DNA of 36,161 bases from an uncultured Haliscomenobacter sp. (GCA_964527495.1 CAZGOT010000002.1:1740-37900), one strand, 5' to 3'; counted from the first letter of the stretch, positions 8,104 through 17,084 are shown. The notes: generated from the letters alone by a model not told the origin. Numbers and translations: made by a program.

Positions 8104-10353
8104 TTATCTTTTTTTATCATGGTCATCCCGACGGTCGCGGTCATCCCGACGATCGCGACGGTCGCGGTCATCGCGGCGCGGCGGCTGGTCTTCCCCTCCT
8201 TCTTCCTGTTTGCCCTGCCCACTCTTTTGCGGAGGAGGAAGAAGGGCTTTTCTCGAAAGGCGGAGTTTGCCCGTTTTTTTGTCCACTTCGATCAGTTTGA
8301 CCTTTACCTCGTCGCCTTCTTTGAAATGCTCTTCTACGTTTTCGATTCGGGAATGGGAAATTTCCGAAACGTGCAGCAGGCCGCTTTTGCCATTGAACTC
8401 GACAAAAACACCATAGGGCATTACAGATTTCACTACGGCGCGGTACACATCGCCTACTTCCGGGACGAAAGTAATCTTGCGGATGCGCTCCAGAGCAGCT
8501 TCAATAGAAGCTTTATCGCTGCTCGCTACGTTGACAACCCCTTTATCCCCTACTTCAGTGATATTGATAATTGTACCCGTTTCGGCCTGAATTTCCTGAA
8601 TAACTTTTCCGCCTGGGCCGATAACCGCGCCAATGAAGCTTTTATCAATCGTGATTTCTACAATCCGTGGAGCATGCGGTTTGTAATCTTCGCGTGGTGC
8701 GGCGATTACTTCCTGCATTTTTCCCAGGATATGGAGGCGACCCCGGCGGGCTTGTTCGAGGGCTTGTTCCATGACCTCATAAGGCAACCCGTCCACTTTG
8801 ATGTCCATCTGGCAACCAGTAATCCCAACTTCCGTGCCGGTCACTTTGAAGTCCATATCGCCCAGTGCATCCTCATCGCCCAGGATATCGCTGAGGACAG
8901 CCATGCGCTTGCCATCGGAAATCAGGCCCATTGCTATACCTGATACTGGCCTTTTAATCTGGATACCAGCATCCATCAAAGCAAGAGATCCTGCACAAAC
9001 CGTTGCCATTGAAGAGGATCCGTTGGATTCCGTAATATCTGAAACCACGCGTACAGTATAGGACAGTCCTTCGGGTAGCACCTTGCGCAGCGAGCGGGCG
9101 GCAAGATTTGCATGGCCCACTTCCCTGCGTCCGGGGGCGCGTTGTGGCTTCACCTCGCCAACCGAATACCCCGGGAAGTTGTAGTGCAGGAGGAATTTTT
9201 CGAAAGTCAATGCCTGGGCATTTTCCTGCATTGCCTCGTCAAGCTTGGTACCAAGGGTAACCGAAGTAAGGGATTGCGTTTCGCCACGGGTAAAGATAGC
9301 GGAACCATGGGTACAAGGGAGGTAATCCACTTCGCACCAGATATCGCGGATATCCTCAAGCCCCCGGCCATCAAGACGACGGCTTTCACTCAGGACAAGC
9401 TCCCGGACAACCTTCTTTTTAAGTTTGTCAAGGATTTCTCCAATGAGCTTTTTCTTTTCCGAAAGGTAGGCCTCGCCATGTTCGGCCAGTAAAGTTTCTA
9501 CCACCTTCACCTTCACTTCTTCGAAAGCAGCACGGCGAACCTGCTTTGCCGAGGCTTCCGCAGCAATTGTGTAGTATTTATCTTTAGCCAGCAGCTCAAT
9601 TTTGGCTTCAAGTTCCGGATCGGAGACCATTACAGGTGCTGCACGTTTTACCAGTGCCTTTTCCCCTACCAATTGTGCCAGGCGAAGCTGGGCTTCGATC
9701 TGTACTTTTATTGCTTCGTGCCCTACCCGGATGGCTTCGATCATTTCTTTTTCGGAACACTCTTTCGCCTCTCCTTCTACCATAACGACATTATCCGCAG
9801 TAGCCCCTACGATAAAATCCATGTCGGCAGTAGCAAGCTCCGACTTAGATGGGTTAATGCGGTATTCCCCGTTGATACGGGCCACACGCACCTCTGAAAT
9901 CGGCCCCTGGAAAGGAATATTCGATACCGATAGCGCGGCAGAGGCAGCAAGTGCTACCATGCAATCGGGCAAGGTATCCTTTTCAACAGAAATCAGGTTG
10001 ATAATAACCTGGGTGTCGTACATATAACCATCTGGGAAGAGGGGGCGGATTGCCCGGTCAACCAATCTGGATATCAGTACTTCATAATCGGAAAGCTTCG
10101 TCTCCCGGCGGAAAAAGTTGCCCGGGATACGTCCTGCGGAAGCGAACTTCTCCTGATAGTCAACCGAAAGTGGAAAAAAGTCTTGCCCTTCCCGCATTTC
10201 TTTGGCCGACACTACGGTCGCAAAAAGCATGGTGTTGCCGCAGCGCAATACCACGGAGCCGTCTGCCAAGGCAGCAATCTTGCCTGTTTCAATGGTTACC
10301 TCACGTCCGTCCGACACGTGGAAGGATGTTGAAATTGGAATCTGTTGTCCCAT
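8104..10353 (-). CDS. pnp: Polyribonucleotide nucleotidyltransferase (PNPase) with an Arg/Asp-rich C-terminal tail
   Basis: 749 aa with two RNase PH-like regions, KH and S1 regions (GDVYRAVVKSVMPYGVFVEF). Located immediately downstream of rpsO, as in many bacteria. Confidence 0.95.
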   Translation of the reverse strand: MGQQIPISTSFHVSDGREVTIETGKIAALADGSVVLRCGNTMLFATVVSAKEMREGQDFFPLSVDYQEKFASAGRIPGNFFRRETKLSDYEVLISRLVDRAIRPLFPDGYMYDTQVIINLISVEKDTLPDCMVALAASAALSVSNIPFQGPISEVRVARINGEYRINPSKSELATADMDFIVGATADNVVMVEGEAKECSEKEMIEAIRVGHEAIKVQIEAQLRLAQLVGEKALVKRAAPVMVSDPELEAKIELLAKDKYYTIAAEASAKQVRRAAFEEVKVKVVETLLAEHGEAYLSEKKKLIGEILDKLKKKVVRELVLSESRRLDGRGLEDIRDIWCEVDYLPCTHGSAIFTRGETQSLTSVTLGTKLDEAMQENAQALTFEKFLLHYNFPGYSVGEVKPQRAPGRREVGHANLAARSLRKVLPEGLSYTVRVVSDITESNGSSSMATVCAGSLALMDAGIQIKRPVSGIAMGLISDGKRMAVLSDILGDEDALGDMDFKVTGTEVGITGCQMDIKVDGLPYEVMEQALEQARRGRLHILGKMQEVIAAPREDYKPHAPRIVEITIDKSFIGAVIGPGGKVIQEIQAETGTIINITEVGDKGVVNVASSDKASIEAALERIRKITFVPEVGDVYRAVVKSVMPYGVFVEFNGKSGLLHVSEISHSRIENVEEHFKEGDEVKVKLIEVDKKTGKLRLSRKALLPPPQKSGQGKQEEGGEDQPPRRDDRDRRDRRDDRDRRDDHDKKR
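8121..8178. repeat. Short in-frame tandem repeat inside the pnp 3' end
   Basis: ggtcatcccgacggtcgc (8121-8138) and ggtcatcccgacgatcgc (8139-8156), then partial units. They encode the RRDDRDRRDRRDDRDRRDD part of the PNPase tail. Confidence 0.8.
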
Positions 10354-10602
10354 AAAATTGTCGCTTTTAAAATATTTTCCTCTGATAATATCCTTGCAGG
10401 GATTTGGAAAAAGAAGGGACGTGTAGAAAGGTTGATGGAAAAACGTGGAAAGAAGGGAACAACCTGACCCGAAAAAGCGGGTAGTTTCCCAGGAGTACTT
10501 TGTTCATACTCAATATCCGATGGGCGGACAGGGTACAAAACAGCCAACTACTGCATAAAATAACCCTAGGAGACATTTGTCCGAGGCTATTTTATATTAA
10601 AC

Positions 10603-10641
10603 CCTTTCTTTCCGGAATTTTTACTGAACCGGAAAGAAAGG
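10603..10641 (-). promoter_or_regulatory. 13-bp stem-loop in the rpsO-pnp spacer (candidate processing or attenuation structure in the pnp leader)
   Basis: cctttctttccgg (10603-10615) pairs perfectly with ccggaaagaaagg (10629-10641) around a 13-nt loop. No U-tract follows on the minus strand, so it is not a canonical terminator. Confidence 0.4.
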
Positions 10642-10773
10642 ATTTAACCCGTTATTTTGCCTCACCACTAAAAGTAGCGAGACAAACGGGAGACAGTCTG
10701 GAACTATTTTCCCATTGCTTTGATCCTGAAGGCGGGGTTCACTTCCCCAGCACACGGTAGGGTGCGGTTTTCC

Positions 10774-11049
10774 TTACTTACGGATGCCCAGGCGTTCGAT
10801 CAACTCGCGGTACTTGGTGATATCTTTATCAGCGAGATACTTCAACAACCGCTTTCTTTTTCCTACGAGCATAAGCAGCGTGCGCCGGCAGGAATGGTCT
10901 TTCCGGTTTTGCTGAAGATGCTCAGACAGTTTTTGGATACGGAAGGTAAACAGGGCTACCTGGCCCTCTGTCGAACCCGTGTTCGACGCGGCACCACCGT
11001 ATTCTGCAAAAATTTGCTCTACTTTTTCTTTAGTCAGATAGTTACTCAT
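10774..11049 (-). CDS. rpsO: 30S ribosomal protein S15
   Basis: 91 aa. GSTEGQVALFTFRIQKLSEHLQQNRKDHSCRRTLLMLVGKRKRLLKYL is an S15 signature-like sequence. Confidence 0.95.
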   Translation of the reverse strand: MSNYLTKEKVEQIFAEYGGAASNTGSTEGQVALFTFRIQKLSEHLQQNRKDHSCRRTLLMLVGKRKRLLKYLADKDITKYRELIERLGIRK

Positions 11050-11172
11050 TTTTTTTCGTTTTACCGTTAGTGATTATCGAAATCATTTACAGCGCGCACA
11101 AAGGTAAGGTATTATTAAGAACGTTGTTTGGTTTTGCGCAGGTTTTCCACAAATTTTTCCTTTCAAGCCTGT

Positions 11173-12132
11173 TTATTGGTTTGCATTGAACCTTTTGACC
11201 GCCTCAGTAAGCCGGGGCACTACCTCGAAAAGATCCCCCACTACCCCATAATCGGCAGCTTTGAAGAAAGGTGCCTCAGGATCTTTATTGATTACCACAA
11301 TAGTTTTGGAACTATTTACCCCTGCCAGATGCTGAATGGCCCCCGAGATGCCAATAGCGATATACAGATTGGGACGGACTGCAATACCCGTCTGTCCGAC
11401 ATGTTCGTGGTGTGGGCGCCAACCTACATCGGCAACGGGGCGGGAACAGGCTGTTGTCGCGCTGAGGGCTGATGCCAGTTCTTCTACAATACCCCAGTTC
11501 TCCGGCCCTTTCATCCCCCTGCCTGCAGAGACCACTCTTTCTGCTTCGGGTAAGGGGACAATACCCTCCTGGCGGTTTACGGAGCGGAATTTAATCCGCG
11601 ATGCCGGAACCGGGATTTCCAGATTTTCCGGATTAACTGCTTGTCCGGTTATTTCTGGTTGAACGGCATTACCCATTAGCGAGAGCAACTTGACGGGGGA
11701 GTTGATGGCATACGTAGCGATGGCTTTTCCGGAAAAAACCGGCTTGCGCACTCGGAATTCCCCTGAAGCATCCGGAATGGCATTGACGGCGGAAACCGAG
11801 CCCGCATCGAGGCGCGCAGCGAGTCTGCCCAAGACAGCACGGCCGTTAGCCGAATGGCTCAACACTACGGCCTGTGCACCTGTTTGTTGCACTGCCCCGG
11901 CAATGACCGCGGTATAAACCTGTGCATCGAACTGATCCAGGCTTGCATCTGCGATATGATATACTTTTGAAGCTCCGTAACGCCCTAATTCCCCTGACCC
12001 CTCACAGGTTCCGAGTACCAGTGCCGCACAGGGCACACCTAAAGCCTGGGCTGTTTTATACCCATAGGTGACCGATTCGAAAGCCGATTTTTTGAATTGT
12101 CCTTTCTGATGTTCTGCAATAACGAGTACCAT
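11173..12132 (-). CDS. etfA: Electron transfer flavoprotein subunit alpha
   Basis: 319 aa. The C-terminal FAD-binding signature is PNLYIAIGISGAIQHLAGV. It follows etfB. Confidence 0.9.
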   Translation of the reverse strand: MVLVIAEHQKGQFKKSAFESVTYGYKTAQALGVPCAALVLGTCEGSGELGRYGASKVYHIADASLDQFDAQVYTAVIAGAVQQTGAQAVVLSHSANGRAVLGRLAARLDAGSVSAVNAIPDASGEFRVRKPVFSGKAIATYAINSPVKLLSLMGNAVQPEITGQAVNPENLEIPVPASRIKFRSVNRQEGIVPLPEAERVVSAGRGMKGPENWGIVEELASALSATTACSRPVADVGWRPHHEHVGQTGIAVRPNLYIAIGISGAIQHLAGVNSSKTIVVINKDPEAPFFKAADYGVVGDLFEVVPRLTEAVKRFNANQ

Positions 12133-12185
12133 TGTTTGTTGATATTAATGGTTAGAGATTGGGCTAAGAATTTCCTGAAAAAATA

Positions 12186-12929
12186 TCAGATTACTTTTGA
12201 CTCCTCGTGGAGGAGGCGGACCAGCTCGTCCATATCCTCTGCTGCCACCATGCGCACAGCAGATTTGCTCTTGGGCAGCGCGTATTGTATGGTGGTTACC
12301 GGATCTGTTGCTTCTATTGGCTCGAGGACCTGGAGAGGCTTTGATTTGGCCATCATAATACCGCGCATATTGGGAATGCGTTGCTCTGCGAGTCCTTTGG
12401 CCGCACTCAGTACAAAAGGAGGAGAGAGTTCCAGCTCCTCAGTGCCCCCTTCGATATCCCGATAGACCACCGCTGTCCCGGCGTCGGGCATATCCAGTTT
12501 GCTGGCATAGGAAATAAAAGGCAAGTCGAGCAGTTCCGCAACCATAGCCCCAACTTCAGAGCCGTTGTAATCAATCGTTTCTTTACCGGCAAGAATCAGG
12601 TCAAAGCCTTGCTGGCGGGCATAAGCGGCGATTTGTTTTGCGGTGAAGAGGGCACTGCGCGGTTCTGCATTAACCCGCACAGCATCATGGGCTCCGATAG
12701 CCAAACCTTTGCGCAAAATGGCATCGTTTGCTTCTGGCCCTACATTGATCAGGGTTACCGTTCCGCCGAATGCCTCCTGCAACTCGAGGGCGCGCACCAG
12801 AGCGTACCACTCGTCATAGGGATTCATAATATACTGTACCCCATTGCCATCCAGGGAAGTACCATCCCCGTTCAACGCAATTTTAGTGGTCGTATCCGGG
12901 GTTTTACTAACACAAACCAGTATTTTCAT
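12186..12929 (-). CDS. etfB: Electron transfer flavoprotein subunit beta
   Basis: 247 aa. MKILVCVSKTPDTTTKI...NPYDEWYALVRALEL is typical of the EtfB N-terminus. It lies upstream of etfA. Confidence 0.9.
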   Translation of the reverse strand: MKILVCVSKTPDTTTKIALNGDGTSLDGNGVQYIMNPYDEWYALVRALELQEAFGGTVTLINVGPEANDAILRKGLAIGAHDAVRVNAEPRSALFTAKQIAAYARQQGFDLILAGKETIDYNGSEVGAMVAELLDLPFISYASKLDMPDAGTAVVYRDIEGGTEELELSPPFVLSAAKGLAEQRIPNMRGIMMAKSKPLQVLEPIEATDPVTTIQYALPKSKSAVRMVAAEDMDELVRLLHEESKVI

Positions 12930-13051
12930 GGATAAATAATTTTTGTGCGTTCAATTTGATGCGATATTTGCATAATAAACCGACTGCGCGAAGATAAGTT
13001 TTTTCAAACAGTGGTTTAGCGAAAATTCGCTCTTTCCTCAACCATTTTGCT

Positions 13052-13372
13052 ATGTCCAAAGAACGATTGCTGCAGCTCCTGGAAATGCTGGAAGAGTCCC
13101 CGGGGGATTCCTTTTTGCTATTTGCCACTGCCAAAGAATACGAAAACCTCGATGACCCTGACCAGGCTCTCGATTATTTTAACTTATTGCTGGATACGGA
13201 TCCAAGCTATGTAGGCCTGTATTATCACCTGGGCAAATTGCTCGAAAAACAAGATCGCGCAGAAGAAGCTGCCGCTATTTACCAGAAAGGGATGGAAGTA
13301 GCCAATGCTCAAAAAGACCGGCACAGTTATAACGAACTTGCCGGGGCATTGCTGAACCTCAGTTTGGAATAG
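13052..13372 (+). CDS. Small TPR-like protein
   Basis: 106-aa ORF with TPR-like helical pairs (ALDYFNLLLDTDPSYVGLYYHLGKLLEKQDRAEEAAAIYQKG). Confidence 0.55.
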   Translation: MSKERLLQLLEMLEESPGDSFLLFATAKEYENLDDPDQALDYFNLLLDTDPSYVGLYYHLGKLLEKQDRAEEAAAIYQKGMEVANAQKDRHSYNELAGALLNLSLE

Positions 13373-14012
13373 TTGCCCGGAAAAGGACATAGTCAAAAAT
13401 CCGACCTCTCTTCCATACCATTTCCTGCAGGATTTCAAACCCTGCCCCGGAGAGCATTTGTCTATATCCCTCCACATCAAACTGGTGCGGGTGCAGGATA
13501 TCGCCCGGCAAGGCACGGAAAAGGTATAGTAACCAGGCTGAGGTATGGGCATCTACTGCGAGTAAAAGATGCCCGCCGGGCGCTATTGCGTCTCGCATCT
13601 TCGCCAAAGCAGCATCGGGATCCCGGAAGTGGTTTAACGCATTCATACAGAATATCCAGTCGTAGGCACAGACAGATTCCCAGTGCTCCACCGGCATGGG
13701 GTGGAAGGTCGTCCAGGGATAATCCCCAGGCTGGAAGATATCGAGACCAGCAGCGTATTGATCCAGTAAGGGATCTACCGCATCCACCTGTAGCCTGGGA
13801 AGGACCATATACACCCCCGAAGGACCGCAGCCCACATCCAGAGCGGTCTGCCCCGGGGAGGGCACAGAACCGGTTTGGGCCAGTATGGCCTTCCAGTAGG
13901 CTTTTTTTTGTTCCTTATACGTCTCCACAGCCTTTCCCCTGAGATAATGGCCCCACCACCGGAATTCCAGGAATTGCGCTACCCGCCAACGTATTTTTGA
14001 AACTTTCGGCAC
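13359..14012 (-). CDS. Class I SAM-dependent methyltransferase
   Basis: 217 aa with motif I ALDVGCGPSG and the post-I region, plus GGHLLLAV. Its 3' end overlaps the convergent TPR gene by 14 nt. Confidence 0.75.
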   Translation of the reverse strand: MPKVSKIRWRVAQFLEFRWWGHYLRGKAVETYKEQKKAYWKAILAQTGSVPSPGQTALDVGCGPSGVYMVLPRLQVDAVDPLLDQYAAGLDIFQPGDYPWTTFHPMPVEHWESVCAYDWIFCMNALNHFRDPDAALAKMRDAIAPGGHLLLAVDAHTSAWLLYLFRALPGDILHPHQFDVEGYRQMLSGAGFEILQEMVWKRGRIFDYVLFRATIPN

Positions 14013-14051
14013 AAAGGAATTGTTTTATATTTGTACTTTGTATAGAAATAG

Positions 14052-14130
14052 AAGGTTGTGTAAAAAGTTGGGGGTTGTGTGTAAAAAGTATTTCGCCTCC
14101 GAAGGCAACGAAAGGCTTTTTACATAACCT
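14052..14130 (+). repeat. Mosaic palindromic intergenic repeat, locus 6 (A box, then a mini-element A-B2-A')
   Basis: AAGGTTGTGTAAAAAG at 14052-14067; GGGGTTGTGTGTAAAAAG at 14071-14088; TTTCGCCTCCgaagGCAACGAAA at 14091-14113; CTTTTTACATAACC at 14116-14129. Confidence 0.8.
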
Positions 14131-14167
14131 CATAATTTTTTTACCCCCCGGCAAACAATGGCAACAA

Positions 14168-14599
14168 ATGTCACTACGCACAAAAGATCGCCTTTTACCC
14201 TTTTATTGTTGTTTTTTTATGCTGGCCAGTTCGTTTTGCGCCTGCACCCCTGGCCTGCCTCCTTCCACCTCCGGCAGAGGTATAGCCGTACAAACCTCCG
14301 TTTCCTTCCGTTGCACTGGTACGGAACCTTTCTGGTCGCTTGACATCTCCCCTGCCGGGATGGTTTTTCAGACCCCGGGTTCTTCACCTGTCACTTATCC
14401 CTTCAATGCTTCCAAAAGCAACGGGGGAACTTTAGAATTTAATTCCTCCGTCAATACCGAAACCGGAAAAAGTACGCTAAAAGTTATACTGACCCCCGGT
14501 GATTGCAGCGACGGTATGTCCGACATCCGCTATCCGTATTTTGCAGAAGTCATCCGTGACGGGCAACAGCTACGTGGATGTGCTAAAGAAATGCCATGA
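14168..14599 (+). CDS. Putative lipoprotein
   Basis: ATG at 14168 gives MSLRTKDRLLPFYCCFFMLASSFCAC (signal + lipobox-like Cys). The track start at 13997 would overlap the methyltransferase gene and run through the repeat. The GTEPFWSLDISP motif resembles the COG3650-type domain. The stop overlaps the next start (ATGA). Confidence 0.55.
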   Translation: MSLRTKDRLLPFYCCFFMLASSFCACTPGLPPSTSGRGIAVQTSVSFRCTGTEPFWSLDISPAGMVFQTPGSSPVTYPFNASKSNGGTLEFNSSVNTETGKSTLKVILTPGDCSDGMSDIRYPYFAEVIRDGQQLRGCAKEMP

Positions 14600-15636
14600 G
14601 TTTTCCTTCAGGAGCACGGGTAAAATTTCTCCATTCGTCCCATATCGGCACGGTGACGGAGGTTCTGGACGAAAAAACGGTCAGTGTGTTTGTCGAAGAT
14701 TGGGATATGGAGGTGCCGGTACCTGTTGAGGACCTTATCCTGGCATCCGCTTCTGTCCTGAAGCCAAAACCTCAGCCTGCACCTATTGCCAAAAAAACTT
14801 CAGAAGGGAGAGCTCCAACCGAAGGACATACTTCCATACGTTATGGCACGGGCATCCTCCTGGCCTTTGAAGCGATACTCAACAACGAAGGGCTACCTGA
14901 AAAGTACCGCCTGTTTTTGATTAATGACACATCCGGCCCTATCCTGTATGAGTTGGATCTTTTTGCAGCAGGAGAAAAGCGGTTCGGACGTAAAGGTCGT
15001 CTCGATGCTTTTACCTGGCAGGAACAGGGTCAAATGCCCTACGACGACCTCAACGAATTACCCGAGGCAAGAGCCGCCTGCTGGAAAATCGAAAAAGATG
15101 GTACAGGTAGTCGTAATGCGCGGGATATGCGCATTAAACCCAAAGCCTTCTTTTCTTGTCTAACCCCGGATACGCCCCTGCTGCACCGCCAGGCACATGT
15201 ACTTACTCTTTTTGAAACACTTGGCACAGAACGCACAAAGGGAAAAGCGGAAGACCTCAAGACTTATACACAACGCAATGCGCCAAAAACAGCAGTATTG
15301 CAACAACCACAAAAACCCTACCGGACGAAGCATGAAGTCCGGGAAGCCGCTGAATTTTCTATCGAACTCGACCTCCACATCGAAAAACTGGCCCCGGAAT
15401 CCACGCATCTCTCCAATGCACAAATTCTGCAGCTCCAACTTCGCGTTTTTGAAGAATATATGGATAAAGCTATCCGCCTTGGCATGGAGCGGGTGTTCAT
15501 CATCCACGGAATCGGAAAAGGCAGGCTACGCGATGTCATCGCCTCTCGCCTGCTCCGCATGCCCGAAGCCATCACCTTTAAAAATGAGTACCACCCTAAA
15601 TATGGGCATGGCGCCACCGAAGTCGTCCTTATTTAA
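14596..15636 (+). CDS. Smr domain protein (DUF2027-like N-terminal region + C-terminal Smr nuclease domain)
   Basis: 346 aa. The C-terminus ELDLHIEKL...RVFIIHGIGKGRLRDVIASRLL...GHGATEVVL matches the Smr pattern (HGxG). Its start overlaps the upstream stop by 4 nt. Confidence 0.8.
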   Translation: MSFPSGARVKFLHSSHIGTVTEVLDEKTVSVFVEDWDMEVPVPVEDLILASASVLKPKPQPAPIAKKTSEGRAPTEGHTSIRYGTGILLAFEAILNNEGLPEKYRLFLINDTSGPILYELDLFAAGEKRFGRKGRLDAFTWQEQGQMPYDDLNELPEARAACWKIEKDGTGSRNARDMRIKPKAFFSCLTPDTPLLHRQAHVLTLFETLGTERTKGKAEDLKTYTQRNAPKTAVLQQPQKPYRTKHEVREAAEFSIELDLHIEKLAPESTHLSNAQILQLQLRVFEEYMDKAIRLGMERVFIIHGIGKGRLRDVIASRLLRMPEAITFKNEYHPKYGHGATEVVLI

Positions 15637-15655
15637 CCTGTAAAATACATACCCT

Positions 15656-16744
15656 ATGGCAATCAAAATCCTTTCTATTGACGGCGGAGGCATCCGCGGC
15701 CTCATCCCTGCCCTTATCCTTACCGAAATCGAAGAACGCACGGGCAAAAAAATTTCAGAACTTTTTGATCTGCTCGCCGGGACTTCCACCGGAGGCATCA
15801 TCGCAGTTGGCCTTAATGTTGATGATCCCCAAACAGGTAAACCTTATTCCGCCAAAAAAATTGCCGGACTCTACGAGGAAAACGGCCAGAAAATTTTTCA
15901 AAAAAAGCACCTGGTCCCTGCTGTGGGTAGCTTACTCGACGAATCCTACTACCACCACGGATTGGAAGAAGTGCTGGAGAGTTACTTTGGGGATGCCGAA
16001 CTTAAGAGTACCCGAACAGAATTGCTGATTACTTCTTATGATATTGAGCACCGCAAACCTTTTTATTTCCTCTCCCGGGAGGCTAAGCTAAACCCCCACC
16101 AGGAAAATTTCCACCTCCGCGACATTGCCCGGGCAACCTCTGCAGCCCCAACCTATTTCGAACCCCATCCGCTCTCCAACCGCCACTATAAGCATCTTGC
16201 CCTGGTAGATGGTGGTGTCTTCGCCAACAACCCAGCCCTGCTCGCTTACTCTGAAGCTATCAATGTAAAGCGTTGGAGAGATTATCAGGAACAGTATAGT
16301 GCTACTCAATCCCGAAGTATAGAAAGTCCCCAGGAAACAGTTACATCTGGTGGCCGCGATTTCAGTGCCGGGTTGCCGGAGTATCTCTCCCCGGAGCAGG
16401 CACCGGATTTTTTCATGCTCTCCCTGGGCACCGGGCAGTGCCGGCAATCTTATCCCTACGCGGAGGCCAAGGACTGGGGCCTTGTCGGATGGGCACGCCC
16501 AATGCTCGATATCCTCATGCAGGGAGTTTCGGAATCGGTAGACTATCAAATGCAGTATATCCTGCCTCCTACCCGCGATGGTCAAAAACATTACTACCGA
16601 CTCAGCCCCGATATCCCAGCCCAAAATTCCGAAATGTCAGATGTATCCGATTCGAATATGCAGGCACTGAAAGATATAGCTATGGCGTTCATCCGCAAAG
16701 AAAGCCACATGATTGACGAGGTTTGTGCTGCACTGACCCGTTAA
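15656..16744 (+). CDS. Patatin-like phospholipase
   Basis: 362 aa with oxyanion-hole DGGGIRG, nucleophile elbow GTSTGG (GxSxG) and catalytic Asp context LVDGGVFANNP. Confidence 0.85.
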   Translation: MAIKILSIDGGGIRGLIPALILTEIEERTGKKISELFDLLAGTSTGGIIAVGLNVDDPQTGKPYSAKKIAGLYEENGQKIFQKKHLVPAVGSLLDESYYHHGLEEVLESYFGDAELKSTRTELLITSYDIEHRKPFYFLSREAKLNPHQENFHLRDIARATSAAPTYFEPHPLSNRHYKHLALVDGGVFANNPALLAYSEAINVKRWRDYQEQYSATQSRSIESPQETVTSGGRDFSAGLPEYLSPEQAPDFFMLSLGTGQCRQSYPYAEAKDWGLVGWARPMLDILMQGVSESVDYQMQYILPPTRDGQKHYYRLSPDIPAQNSEMSDVSDSNMQALKDIAMAFIRKESHMIDEVCAALTR

Positions 16745-16793
16745 GCGACATGCTGAATCTGGTTTGTTTAGTACAATGTGGAGATGTATGAAA

Positions 16794-17084
16794 TTTTTTG
16801 GGGTTGTCCCAATAGTATGGGGTTGTGTAAAAAGGCCTAGGGCCGTCATTTGGCGGTTGACGCCGCCAAACAATATTTTGAACGCACACTGTTTTCATTG
16901 ATTTTGCTTCGCAAAATCAATGAAAACAGTGTGCGTTCAAAATTTCCTTTCGCCGCCGAAGGCGGCGGAACACTTTTTACACAACCCCTTTTTAATATTC
17001 TTTGGCGGCTGACGCCGCCAAATGTCATTCGTTCAAAATTTTATTTCGCCGCCGAAAGCGGCGGAATACTTTTTACACAATCCC
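16794..17084 (+). repeat. Mosaic palindromic intergenic repeat, locus 7 (pre-module, one full 170-bp element, then a core-less B1-B2-A' element)
   Basis: A at 16819-16834; B1 at 16849-16870; C arms at 16875-16907 and 16911-16943 (perfect 33 bp, loop ttc); B2 at 16948-16970; A' at 16973-16988, a perfect complement of A. Second unit: B1 at 17001-17022, B2 at 17044-17066, A' at 17069-17084. Confidence 0.92.
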
